Of a stretch of DNA of 64,000 nucleotides, positions 8,873-17,628 are shown piece by piece (within the stretch, counting starts at the first letter, position 1; the number at the start of each line of letters is the position of its first letter). Where the stretch lies: assembly GCA_965242965.1 (NCBI GenBank), contig OZ251518.1:960001-1024000 (forward strand), given 5' to 3'. This DNA comes from Candidatus Poribacteria bacterium. Lineage in GTDB: Bacteria > Poribacteria > WGA-4E > WGA-3G. The notes below the pieces were generated by a model that was not told the origin of the DNA, made no database searches, and saw only the letters and a list, made by a program, of their open reading frames with translations. The position numbers and the translations under genes are program-made.

Positions 8873-9763
8873 ATGAAAAAACACGCCACCTTGCGGGTTC
8901 GCGCCCACGCCAAAATTAACCTCTATCTCAACGTGCTTGGCAAACGCGACGATGGCTACCACGAACTAGAGACGATTTTCCATTCCATCGCGTTGCATGA
9001 CGATGTTATCATCCAACCAAGCCGCGCGAACGGAATAACGGTTCGCTGCGGACATCCGGGTGTTCCGGATGATGCGCGCAACCTTGCGTATCGCGCGGCG
9101 CAGTGCATCAGCGATGCTGTCGGTGGCATCAGCGGCGTGGCAATTGAAATTCACAAGCGTATCCCTGTTGCGGCGGGGCTCGCCGGGGGGAGCGCGAACG
9201 CCGCCGCTGTCCTGCACGGCATCAATCAACTTTTCGGATGTGGCCTCACACAAGCGGAATTAATGCAGATGGGCACCGGGTTAGGAGCAGATGTGCCCTT
9301 CTGTCTGCACGGCGGTGCGGCGTTTGGACGCGGCATTGGGGAGCACCTCACGCCGCTTCCCGCGCTTCCGGGTACCCCAATACTGCTTTTAAAACCCGAT
9401 ATTGCAGTTTCTACGGCGAATATTTTCAAAAAATTGCATTTTTTCTTGACAAATGGCAAAAAATGTAGTATAATTATAGAGACGTTTGTGAAAAAAGGCG
9501 ATATCGTTGGCATCGGCGCGAATTTATACAATCGACTCGAAGAACCGGCGTTCGCCGCGCATCCCGAAATTGCAGTGCTCAAAACCGAACTATCTACGCA
9601 GGCTGAATGCCACGGTGCGCTGATGTCGGGGAGTGGAGCCACGGTGTTCGGGCTGATGCGTGACATTGCGGTAGCAGAACGGACTGCATCGCGCTTTCAA
9701 AACAACGTCGCTTTCTGCACAACGACAGCGACAAGTGCTGTTGGGGTGCATATTGACTCATAA
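8873..9763 (+). CDS. ispE: 4-diphosphocytidyl-2-C-methyl-D-erythritol kinase
   Basis: AHAKINLYL, GYHELET, KRIPVAAGLAGGSANAA, GADVPF, MSGSG. Confidence 0.95.
   Translation: MKKHATLRVRAHAKINLYLNVLGKRDDGYHELETIFHSIALHDDVIIQPSRANGITVRCGHPGVPDDARNLAYRAAQCISDAVGGISGVAIEIHKRIPVAAGLAGGSANAAAVLHGINQLFGCGLTQAELMQMGTGLGADVPFCLHGGAAFGRGIGEHLTPLPALPGTPILLLKPDIAVSTANIFKKLHFFLTNGKKCSIIIETFVKKGDIVGIGANLYNRLEEPAFAAHPEIAVLKTELSTQAECHGALMSGSGATVFGLMRDIAVAERTASRFQNNVAFCTTTATSAVGVHIDS
9446..9474 (+). promoter_or_regulatory. Consensus sigma70 promoter inside ispE, probably driving tRNA-Gln/rplY
   Basis: TTGACA-17 bp-TATAAT, exact consensus, in a locally AT-rich patch. Confidence 0.8.
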
Positions 9764-9835
9764 AGGGCGGTGGCCAAGCGGTAAGGCACAGGTCTTTGGA
9801 ACCTGCATGCGTAGGTTCGAATCCTACCCGCCCTG
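9764..9835 (+). tRNA. tRNA-Gln(TTG), CCA not encoded
   Basis: Acceptor AGGGCGG/CCGCCCT, anticodon arm CAGGT-CTTTGGA-ACCTG, T arm GTAGG-TTCGAAT-CCTAC, discriminator G. Confidence 0.95.
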
Positions 9836-9937
9836 TTTTCTATTACGGTGTTCGTTCATGAGAACGCCGCTGGCAGGCGCGGTTTGAAACCGCGCCTACC
9901 GGCATTTACGAATTTTTGTGTGTAAAGGAAAAGAGAA

Positions 9938-10618
9938 ATGCAACAAGCCAAATTAACGGTTCAATCTCGTGACACGTTTGGAAAGCAGCACGCGCGCGCA
10001 TTGCGCCGGGCAGGCGGTTTTCCGGCGGTTTTATACGGACGCGGCCAGGACACCGTGTCAATTCAAATCAACGCGCGCGCCTTCAAACAATTCCTCCGCA
10101 CTTATGGTGAGAACGTCATCATTAACATGGAAATCGGCGAGGGAGCCCCCGAAACGGTTATTATCAAGGAGATCCAACGTCATCCGGTGGAGAAACAGAC
10201 TCTCGTGCATGCCGATTTTGTCAGAATCTCGTTAGACGAGCCGGTTTCTTCCCCTGTGCCGGTTGTTTTGACAGGCACGCCGCCGGGTGTGCAGGAGGGC
10301 GGTGTGCTTGAATTGCAACTCCGCCAACTGACACTTCACTGCCTCCCCACGCAGTTGCCGAACGAGGTGCAGGTTGATGTCAGCACGATGGAAATCGGCG
10401 ATATTGTTTACGTGAGCGATTTAAACCTCGCAGAGGAAATTGAGGTGTTGGATGAGCCGCAACGCATAGTAGCGGCAGTGAGCCAGCCTCGTGTCCAAGT
10501 CGAAGCGACACCTGATGAAGAGGCTGAAGGTGAAGGCGAAGGCGAAGGCGAAGAGGAAGGAGCCGCCGATGCACCCTCGGAACCTGAAGTTATTTCCAAG
10601 AGGCGCGACGATAGTTAA
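9938..10618 (+). CDS. rplY: 50S ribosomal protein L25 / general stress protein Ctc
   Basis: LRRAGGFPAVLYG, IQRHPV...HADF, long acidic C-terminal tail. Confidence 0.95.
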   Translation: MQQAKLTVQSRDTFGKQHARALRRAGGFPAVLYGRGQDTVSIQINARAFKQFLRTYGENVIINMEIGEGAPETVIIKEIQRHPVEKQTLVHADFVRISLDEPVSSPVPVVLTGTPPGVQEGGVLELQLRQLTLHCLPTQLPNEVQVDVSTMEIGDIVYVSDLNLAEEIEVLDEPQRIVAAVSQPRVQVEATPDEEAEGEGEGEGEEEGAADAPSEPEVISKRRDDS

Positions 10619-11720
10619 TAGCACGCGCTGCCTCATCGGTATTTTGGTCGGGACGCTGATGGCACTCAGCAGCGTCGCGCAAGCACCCTCCGTGCGCTTC
10701 CTTGACATGGGGGGCAAGACGCTCGCTGACGTGCCAATCGTCCTTCATGCCGAACGGATTTACCTCCCCGTTGCCGCGGTGAAAACGGTATTTGATGCAG
10801 CGGCAACGCAGCAATACAATCTACCCAGAAAACGGCTCACCCTGAAAACGAAAGGGAAAACCGTCCGGTTAGAAATGGGGGAGACTACCGTCAGCATCGA
10901 TGCCGGTAGACAGACGCTGGAACTCTCTGTCCCACCCCAGGTCATCCAAGGCTCTCCGATGCTCCCCCTTGCTTTTTTTCTGGAGGTGCTCCCTGTCTTG
11001 GACGACATTGAGGTGCTTTACAATCCTAGCTTGCAACGCGTCCGATTCATGCCAAAAACCCACTGGCAACCTGCCGAGGCAGATGCATCGCGAGAATGGA
11101 CAGTTATCATCGACCCGGGGCATGGCGGCGCTGCCGACAGGGGATGCGAAAGCAACACCGGGCTTCTCGAAAAAGATGTCGTGCTCACCCTTGCGAAACA
11201 ACTCAAACTTATCAGCAGACAGCATGGATACCAGGCGAACCTCACCCGCGAAACGGATGTGAAGAAGACGCAGCTGGAACGCATTCAGATTGCCAACGGA
11301 AATCAGGGGCAACTCCTGCTTAGTTTACACTGCAACGCCTCGTTTTCACCACAGGAGAAGGGCATTCGGATTTACCTCAATAACCCTAAGGGGCAACTCC
11401 GATTTCCCGCTGCGGCGACTTCAACGCTGACAGGGAACCGGTTAAAGATTTTATCGCAAGCCAATTTTCTGAAGCAGAGCCAAGAATTTGCTGCAGTGCT
11501 GCAGCAGGAACTCAGCTTCTTGACAGAAAGCCCGGTAGTCATCGCCGAATTGCCGCTCGTCGCATTGTCAAAGGCGTACATGCCTGCCGTGTTGGTGGAA
11601 CTCGGATACCTCTCGCATGCAGAAGATGCTGGCAGACTCGCCAACGCTGAGCACATCGCGGGCATTGCAACGGCGATTGCCCGTGCAATCCAGACATATC
11701 GGGCATCTATCAGTCAATAA
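10611..11720 (+). CDS. N-acetylmuramoyl-L-alanine amidase (Amidase_3) with N-terminal copper-amine-oxidase-N-like domain; start uncertain (ATA 10611, TTG 10644 or ATG 10659)
   Basis: IIDPGHGG, LLEKDV, LSLHCNAS, MPAVLVELGYLS. Confidence 0.85.
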   Translation: MVNSTRCLIGILVGTLMALSSVAQAPSVRFLDMGGKTLADVPIVLHAERIYLPVAAVKTVFDAAATQQYNLPRKRLTLKTKGKTVRLEMGETTVSIDAGRQTLELSVPPQVIQGSPMLPLAFFLEVLPVLDDIEVLYNPSLQRVRFMPKTHWQPAEADASREWTVIIDPGHGGAADRGCESNTGLLEKDVVLTLAKQLKLISRQHGYQANLTRETDVKKTQLERIQIANGNQGQLLLSLHCNASFSPQEKGIRIYLNNPKGQLRFPAAATSTLTGNRLKILSQANFLKQSQEFAAVLQQELSFLTESPVVIAELPLVALSKAYMPAVLVELGYLSHAEDAGRLANAEHIAGIATAIARAIQTYRASISQ

Positions 11721-11771
11721 TACGGAGAATCTCTGTAAATCGGGCGCGCCTGACGTATCTAACAACACACT

Positions 11772-11886
11772 GTAGGCGAGTCCTCCCGTATCGGGACAGG
11801 GATGTCCCTCCTACCGCACGCGGGCTATTCGGCGTAATGCGGGACGGGGATGTCCCTCCTACTGCACGCGGGCTGTTCAGTGTAAG
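11772..11886. repeat. Two tandem ~49-bp REP-containing units (CGGGACAGGGATGTCCCTCCTAC)
   Basis: Direct repeat visible in the sequence. Confidence 0.7.
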
Positions 11887-11974
11887 TTGGCATAATCTTC
11901 CATTTTCTGATAAACGGAGAGACGTTCCTAGCCTCCCTAAAACCTAAACAAATCGGGAGAAATTGCAATAAAAC

Positions 11975-12003
11975 TTGACAACCCGCCTCAAATGTGGTAT
12001 CCT
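11975..12003 (+). promoter_or_regulatory. IS607 tnpA promoter, probably giving a leaderless transcript
   Basis: TTGACA-17 bp-TATCCT with ATG 7 bp downstream and no SD. Confidence 0.6.
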
Positions 12004-12010
12004 TATGGGT

Positions 12011-12616
12011 ATGAATACACTCATGTCACCAAAGAAAGCGGCGGCGACGTTGGACGTTTCGATCGAACATCGCCGCAGGATGGAAGCACGCGGTGAAATC
12101 GAATGCGTGCGGACAGGAGGCGGACATCGGCGTTACGATGTTCAGAAGTTTATTGATGCACAACGCAAACCAGAAATTACTACCCTTTGCTACTGCCGCG
12201 TCAGTGGCAGGGCGCAGGCGGACACCCTCGCCTCGCAAGTCGCCTCTATGCACGAGAAATTCCCCGAAGCGGCAGTCATCGAAGACTTCGGCAGCGGCAT
12301 CAACTTCAAGCGGAAGGGACTCCAGAGGATATTGGAACGCCTCTTGCGCGGTGATAAACGCCGAATTGTGGTCGCCCATCGGGATAGAATCGCCCGATTC
12401 GGCAGCGAAGTCATTCGGTATCTGGTCGAACAAAACGGTGGAGAAGTCGTGGTTCTCAACGCAACTGCACAGAGTCCCGAAGAGGAACTTACTGCCGATT
12501 TGCTGGAGATTCTCCACGTCTTTTCCTCACGGATGTATGGACTCAGGCACTACCGTGACAAGATCAAGGAAGATACGCATCTTACCCACAAACGAACAGA
12601 AGGCGATGCTGCGTAG
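12011..12616 (+). CDS. tnpA: IS607-family serine recombinase transposase
   Basis: N-terminal MerR-like HTH (RTGGGHRRY), YCRVS catalytic Ser, GSGINFKRKGL, HRDRIARFG, FSSRMYGLR. Confidence 0.92.
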   Translation: MNTLMSPKKAAATLDVSIEHRRRMEARGEIECVRTGGGHRRYDVQKFIDAQRKPEITTLCYCRVSGRAQADTLASQVASMHEKFPEAAVIEDFGSGINFKRKGLQRILERLLRGDKRRIVVAHRDRIARFGSEVIRYLVEQNGGEVVVLNATAQSPEEELTADLLEILHVFSSRMYGLRHYRDKIKEDTHLTHKRTEGDAA

Positions 12617-13688
12617 GTGGGAAGGTATCTCACGGTATGTCTACAACGCGGCAGTGAAACAGATGACGAAAGGCAGGAAGGTGTATGCACCTGATCTGTT
12701 GGTTTCACTGCCTGAGTGGACGACGAAGTGTCCACGTCACATCCGTGTCGGCGCAGTGATGGATGCCAAGAAGGCGATTACGGCGGCACGGCGGAAGTGG
12801 AAAGAAACAGGTGAACCTCAGCGTGTGAAGTTCCGCAGGAAAAAGAATACCACGAAGTCATTCTACCTGTGCGCGCAATTCATCAAAGATTCAGGATTTT
12901 ATGTTCGCCTGCTCGGTGATATGAAATATACCGAACCACTCCCAGCGAAGCCTCAAGGGCCAGGGAAAAAGGCGGAACGTGATCATGAATCGGAAGTGAA
13001 GGACAGCCGCGTGGTATTAGAAAACGGCCGGTTTTACCTGAACGTCAGTTACATCGAGAAACCAAAGCCGCGAGACTCAAACGGCGATATCGTAGCACTC
13101 GACCCGGGCGTTCGGACATTCCTAACAATGTATTCCGAGAAGGCGTTTGGCTGGTTAGGGCATCACGCCATCGGTAGGATTCAGAGGTTGTGTCACCATG
13201 CAGATAACCTCTACTCCCGCGCAGCTCAGGCGGCGCGGCCGCTACGCCGCACCCTGCGACACTGCGCACAGAAGATTCAGAAGAAGATTCAGCATCTTGT
13301 GGATGAACTCCACAAGAAAATCGCACACTTCCTTGTCACCAACTTCGACGTGATCCTGCTTCCGACGTTTGAGACGCAGCAGATGGTTAAGCGTGGTGCG
13401 AGGAAACTCCGGAAGAAGTCTGTTCGGCAAATGTTGACGTTATCTCACTACCAATTCAAGGTATTCCTGAAACAGAAGGCGCAGGAATATGGTGTGCAGG
13501 TGGTGGATGCAAACGAGGCATACACGTCAAAGACGCTATCTTGGACAGGCGACATCGTTGAGAATCTCGGCGGTGCAAAGGTGATTACTGATGCAGACGG
13601 TAATCGGTGTGACAGGGATTTAAACAGCGCACGTGGGATTTTCATTGCGGAAGTTTCACGTGCTTTGAGGGTTCTTCCATCTGCGTAA
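12537..13688 (+). CDS. tnpB: RNA-guided endonuclease TnpB (IS607 type, rearranged RuvC-II, degenerate zinc finger)
   Basis: KIRILPTNEQ HTH, ALDPGVRTF (RuvC-I), ILLPTF, NEAYTSKT, DRDLNSARGI (RuvC-III); start ATG 12537 or GTG 12555. Confidence 0.9.
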   Translation: MDSGTTVTRSRKIRILPTNEQKAMLRRWEGISRYVYNAAVKQMTKGRKVYAPDLLVSLPEWTTKCPRHIRVGAVMDAKKAITAARRKWKETGEPQRVKFRRKKNTTKSFYLCAQFIKDSGFYVRLLGDMKYTEPLPAKPQGPGKKAERDHESEVKDSRVVLENGRFYLNVSYIEKPKPRDSNGDIVALDPGVRTFLTMYSEKAFGWLGHHAIGRIQRLCHHADNLYSRAAQAARPLRRTLRHCAQKIQKKIQHLVDELHKKIAHFLVTNFDVILLPTFETQQMVKRGARKLRKKSVRQMLTLSHYQFKVFLKQKAQEYGVQVVDANEAYTSKTLSWTGDIVENLGGAKVITDADGNRCDRDLNSARGIFIAEVSRALRVLPSA

Positions 13689-13780
13689 GCGGATGCAAAC
13701 CACGCGGTCGAGATGGTAACGCAATGGACGTTATCTCTGCTCTTGTCTCGATTTGTGTAGGTTCAAAGGAACAGAACAGT
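13620..13780 (+). ncRNA. Putative omegaRNA/reRNA of the IS607 TnpB; guide from flank starting about 13762
   Basis: Hairpins GCATCCGC/GCGGATGC-like and GAGATGGTAAC...GTTATCTC between the tnpB 3' end and the right end; position as expected for TnpB reRNAs; boundaries inferred. Confidence 0.5.
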
Positions 13781-14732
13781 GACAAACACCCAAGAACGCG
13801 TCATACGCGCACAAGGCTGCCTCCTCGGACAACTTGCAGGCGATTCGCTAGGAAGCCTCGTTGAATTCCAAAGTTCGGCATCCATCAAACGCCAATATCC
13901 TGAACGTATCCGCGACATGGAAGACGGAGGCACCTGGAACCTCATCGCGGGGCAACCAACAGATGACTCCGAACTCGCCTTAATGCTCGCACGAACCCTC
14001 GTGGAAAAAGGGGCATTCGACCGGGGGGCCATTCGGGAGGCGTACCTCTTCTGGTTTAACTCCGGTCCGTTTGATATAGGGAGCACCACTGCGACTGGAC
14101 TTGAAAACCGCCACAATCCGTCTAGCCAATCAAACGGCGCGCTGATGCGAGTAAGTCCGCTCGGCATCTTCGGCACGAATTACGCCTCAACGCAGGTGGC
14201 AGAGTGGGCACGTCAGGATGCCGCTATTACACACATTCATCAGGTATGCCAAACCGTCAGCGCGCTGTTTGCGATGGCAATTGCTTACGTCATCCGGACG
14301 GGATGCGATGCCGAAACGCTTTATGCGCAGATTGTCGCCTGGGCAGACGAAATAGATGCCGATGAGAGTATCGTCAAGGTTATTCGCGATGCACAGGATG
14401 CACCGCCTGCGGATTTTTATTTCCAACAAGGCTGGGTATTAATTGCGTTTCAGAACGCGCTTTACCAACTGCTTCACGCGCCAGACACCGAAGAAGCAAT
14501 TATTGACACCGTTATGAGCGGCGGCGATACCGATACGAACGCTGCCATCTGTGGTGCGCTGTGGGGGGCAGTAAACGGCCTGGAATCTATTCCTGAACGG
14601 TGGCAGGAAACTTTGCGCAATTGCCGCCCGGAAGCCGGGAAACCGGGAGTTTACCAGCCACGTCCTGAATGTTTTTGGCCCGTAGACGCTTTGGAATTAG
14701 CGGACAAACTAGTCCGCGCTCACGCAGCGTAA
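13779..14732 (+). CDS. ADP-ribosylglycohydrolase (DraG/ARH family)
   Basis: GQLAGDSLG, GQPTDDSE, SNGALMRVSP, GGDTDTNAAICG. Confidence 0.92.
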   Translation: MTNTQERVIRAQGCLLGQLAGDSLGSLVEFQSSASIKRQYPERIRDMEDGGTWNLIAGQPTDDSELALMLARTLVEKGAFDRGAIREAYLFWFNSGPFDIGSTTATGLENRHNPSSQSNGALMRVSPLGIFGTNYASTQVAEWARQDAAITHIHQVCQTVSALFAMAIAYVIRTGCDAETLYAQIVAWADEIDADESIVKVIRDAQDAPPADFYFQQGWVLIAFQNALYQLLHAPDTEEAIIDTVMSGGDTDTNAAICGALWGAVNGLESIPERWQETLRNCRPEAGKPGVYQPRPECFWPVDALELADKLVRAHAA

Positions 14733-14781
14733 CCCCCGTAGGCGCGGTTTCAAACCGCGCTTCCAATCAAGGGAAAAGCAA

Positions 14782-15357
14782 ATGAAACGGACAGGATTTT
14801 CCAGATTCTTGGTAATATGGGGCATCACCTTCGTTGGCATCGCAATCGGCCTTGCCGCGACGCTTTACCTCATCTCCCAGTCACAGCAGACAGCCATGCC
14901 GCTGCCGCCGCCCCCGTTGCCTACGGCAGCCAACCCGACAGATACGCCGCCGCCGCAAAATGTCAACCTCTTTCTTCTAGCACCGACGACGCTTGAACTT
15001 GTTCCCGTAAAAACCCAACGGCGACTTTACGCCGAAAGAACCAAACGCCTCAAACAGATAGTCACCGCGCTCATTCAGGCGAAACCGCCCGACTTCCGAA
15101 ACCCGATTCCAGGCGGCACCGAACTTCATGAAGTCTATGTCGATAGCCAAGGCACCGCCTATCTAGATTTTTCGCGCCACCTCACCGAGGGGCATATTGG
15201 CGGAACCCAAGCGGAATTTTTGACAGTTGCGGCTATCCTGAAGACCATCTTCGACGCGTTCCCTGATAAAATTAGACAGGTGCAGTTCCTCATTGACGGC
15301 AACGAAATTGAGACGCTCGCCGGGCATTTGAACCTTTCGCAACCCCTGCGGTTTTAG
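14782..15357 (+). CDS. GerMN-domain membrane-anchored protein
   Basis: N-terminal TM helix, Pro-rich linker, AYLDFS, VQFLIDGNEIETLAGHL. Confidence 0.85.
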   Translation: MKRTGFSRFLVIWGITFVGIAIGLAATLYLISQSQQTAMPLPPPPLPTAANPTDTPPPQNVNLFLLAPTTLELVPVKTQRRLYAERTKRLKQIVTALIQAKPPDFRNPIPGGTELHEVYVDSQGTAYLDFSRHLTEGHIGGTQAEFLTVAAILKTIFDAFPDKIRQVQFLIDGNEIETLAGHLNLSQPLRF

Positions 15358-15372
15358 CAACGGAGCGATACT

Positions 15373-15927
15373 GTGAAACTCATCGTTGGGTTGGGCAACC
15401 CCGGGCCGCGCTACGCAAACACGAGACATAACGTCGGTTTTCGCGCGCTTGACATCCTCATGAAACAGGGTGAGAATAAAATCGTGTCGCGCTATAATTC
15501 TCTCATCATGGAGACAACGCTTCACGACACGTCAATTGTCCTCGCGAAGCCGCTGACTTACATGAATAACAGCGGCAGTGCCGTCGCGGCATTGGTGCAT
15601 CAACTTGAAATCCCACTTACGGAACTCTGCGTCGTTTATGACGATATCCACTTGGATGTGGGGGCCATTCGGATGCGCCGAAAGGGCAGCGACGGTGGGC
15701 ACAACGGCATGAAGTCTATCATCGGCAGTTTGCACACCACTGAATTTCCGCGTCTGCGCATCGGTGTCGGCGAACCCACCGGCGCGCAGGTAGATTACGT
15801 CCTCAGCGAGTTTACAGACGCAGAGGCACAAGAGATAGAAGAAGCAGTGCAACGCGCCGTTGATGCGGTGGAAACCTTTATCACTGATGGAATTCTTACC
15901 GCAATGAATCGGTTTAACGGCAGGTAG
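15373..15927 (+). CDS. pth: Peptidyl-tRNA hydrolase
   Basis: LIVGLGNPG...TRHNVGF, KPLTYMNNSG, GGHNGMKS, RLRIGVG. Confidence 0.95.
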   Translation: MKLIVGLGNPGPRYANTRHNVGFRALDILMKQGENKIVSRYNSLIMETTLHDTSIVLAKPLTYMNNSGSAVAALVHQLEIPLTELCVVYDDIHLDVGAIRMRRKGSDGGHNGMKSIIGSLHTTEFPRLRIGVGEPTGAQVDYVLSEFTDAEAQEIEEAVQRAVDAVETFITDGILTAMNRFNGR

Positions 15928-15973
15928 GGGCCAACACTCTACCGTGCATCCGAGTGGGTAAAGAGGATAAACA

Positions 15974-17077
15974 ATGGAGAAAAAATACCGTATCCACAAC
16001 GTTGACGAGATTCCGACACCTTCACTCGTCGTCTATTTAGGGCTCGTCAAGCAGAATATTGAACGCGCCATCGGGCTCGCTGCGGGAGATGTCACCAAAC
16101 TCCGTCCGCATGTCAAGACGCATAAGACAGCGGAAGTCGTCGCACTGGTGCGTGAGGCTGGCATCCGTAAGCACAAATGCTCCACCTTGCGAGAAGCCGA
16201 ACTGCTGGCGCAGGCAGGTATTCAGGATATTTTAATCGCGTATCAGCTGGTAGGCCCGAATATCAATCGGCTTGTTTCGCTCATGCAAACGTATCCGAAC
16301 GCCGATTTTAAAGTTCTGGCAGACCATCTCGAAGTCGTCACTGCACTTTCTGCTGCAATGACGAAGCACGGATTAACCCTCAAAGTCATGTTGGACCTGG
16401 ATGTCGGGATGCACCGCACCGGTATTCCTGTCGGCGATGCCGCTGTGGGGTTATACGCGCAGATTGAACGTGCTGCTGGCTTGGAGCCTTGGGGCTTGCA
16501 CGTCTACGATGGGCATATCCACGATGAAGACATCGCCGAACGCCGCGTCTCTTGCGAGAACAGCCTCGAGCAAATGGAAGACATGCGGGAGAGAGTGGCA
16601 GCAAAAGGACTCGACGTGCCGTTAGTTGTGATGGGCGGCACGCCGACGTTTCCGATTTACGCGCAGACTCCCGGTGTGGAGGCATCCCCCGGCACGTTCG
16701 TCTTCCACGATGACGGTTATGCTACGCATTACCCAGACTTGGGGTTTACGCCTGCGGCGTTGTTGCTAAGTCGCGTCATTAGCATTCCTTCTGAATACCG
16801 CTTTACCCTAGATTTAGGACATAAAGCCATCGCGGCAGACCCGAGTGGCGTGCGTGGTGTCATTTTAAACGTTCCCGGTGCTGAGGTAGACAAACAGCAT
16901 GAGGAGCATTGGGCAGTCAATGTTCCAAGGGGGACAACCGTGCGGATTGGCCAGGAAGTCTACGTATGCCCGACGCATATTTGTCCATCGGTGGCGTTGC
17001 ATCAGTTTTACTATGTGGTGGATGCAGATGGGTATTGCAGGGAGACGTGGGAGGTGGCGGCGCGGAATCGGAGTTGA
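15974..17077 (+). CDS. Fold-type III PLP enzyme, D-threonine aldolase / D-serine dehydratase (DSD1) family
   Basis: LRPHVKTHK PLP-lysine, GMHRTGI, YDGH, GGTPTF, HICP. Confidence 0.85.
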   Translation: MEKKYRIHNVDEIPTPSLVVYLGLVKQNIERAIGLAAGDVTKLRPHVKTHKTAEVVALVREAGIRKHKCSTLREAELLAQAGIQDILIAYQLVGPNINRLVSLMQTYPNADFKVLADHLEVVTALSAAMTKHGLTLKVMLDLDVGMHRTGIPVGDAAVGLYAQIERAAGLEPWGLHVYDGHIHDEDIAERRVSCENSLEQMEDMRERVAAKGLDVPLVVMGGTPTFPIYAQTPGVEASPGTFVFHDDGYATHYPDLGFTPAALLLSRVISIPSEYRFTLDLGHKAIAADPSGVRGVILNVPGAEVDKQHEEHWAVNVPRGTTVRIGQEVYVCPTHICPSVALHQFYYVVDADGYCRETWEVAARNRS

Positions 17078-17094
17078 GCCAAACCTTCAGCCGG

Positions 17095-17622
17095 TTAGAG
17101 ATTACCTGCGTTGGACAAAACCTCCGCCAGATTCCTTCTTTGTCCGCATTTATTTTTCTTAATCGCAGCTTTCTGGTTCCGAAAGCGGACTTTGGCCCGT
17201 TCAAGTTTGTAGCGTTCCGCCTTATCGATTCCGCCTCCATGAAACAGAATCGGAACGCATGTGGTTTTGAACGCACTGAGAGCCGAACGGACTTCTTCGT
17301 TCAAGCGTCCAAATATGTCGGAAACATAGTCTGCACCCCCTTGCAATTGGTTTGCTACCATTGATGCTTTGAAAGTGCCGCTCTTCAGTTCGATCAGGAC
17401 GATAACCAGACTGCTTTGTTCAGCGTCGGCGTAGAACAAGACATAATCACATCGTTTCGTGTCCATTTTGCGTTGTTTAAACTCACATTCCAAATCGACG
17501 ATAACCCGCTCGGATGGGACATCAGTCAGGTAGACACGGCATCCATCGCCACTACACGAGTTACAGATACACTGCCCATCTACCTGTCTCCGAATTTCAT
17601 TAAGGACATCACTTAATAGCAT
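17095..17622 (-). CDS. Hypothetical protein, putative PD-(D/E)xK-type nuclease
   Basis: KRCDYVLF...LIELKSG followed by a QLQ helix; starts 6 bp after the ATPase stop. Confidence 0.6.
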   Translation of the reverse strand: MLLSDVLNEIRRQVDGQCICNSCSGDGCRVYLTDVPSERVIVDLECEFKQRKMDTKRCDYVLFYADAEQSSLVIVLIELKSGTFKASMVANQLQGGADYVSDIFGRLNEEVRSALSAFKTTCVPILFHGGGIDKAERYKLERAKVRFRNQKAAIKKNKCGQRRNLAEVLSNAGNL

Positions 17623-17628
17623 CGGCCG

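Larger units (their letters stand above)
11943..13761 (+). mobile_element. IS607-family insertion sequence (tnpA serine recombinase + tnpB); left boundary approximate
   Basis: Overlapping tnpA/tnpB; CCTAAACAAATCGGGA at left is an imperfect inverted match to TCTCGATTTGTGTAGG at right, which ends in GG. Confidence 0.85.

Noticed and set aside
7038-8873. Short ORFs with RGPVPR/GQAPALR/ARDRPSP peptides (also at 20408, 27196, 32142, 38945, 41672, 58422)
   Set aside because: Translations of REP/MITE DNA with no SD or coding signal
9764-9835. tRNA-Gln as an integration site
   Set aside because: No duplicated tRNA 3' end and no integrase seen in the window
10491-10610. Lys/Ala-rich N-terminus of the amidase
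   Set aside because: Shadow translation of the rplY Glu/Gly tail
12093-12536. 531-aa TnpB with a long N-terminal extension
   Set aside because: The extension is the alternate frame of tnpA; TnpB homology starts near 12537-12555
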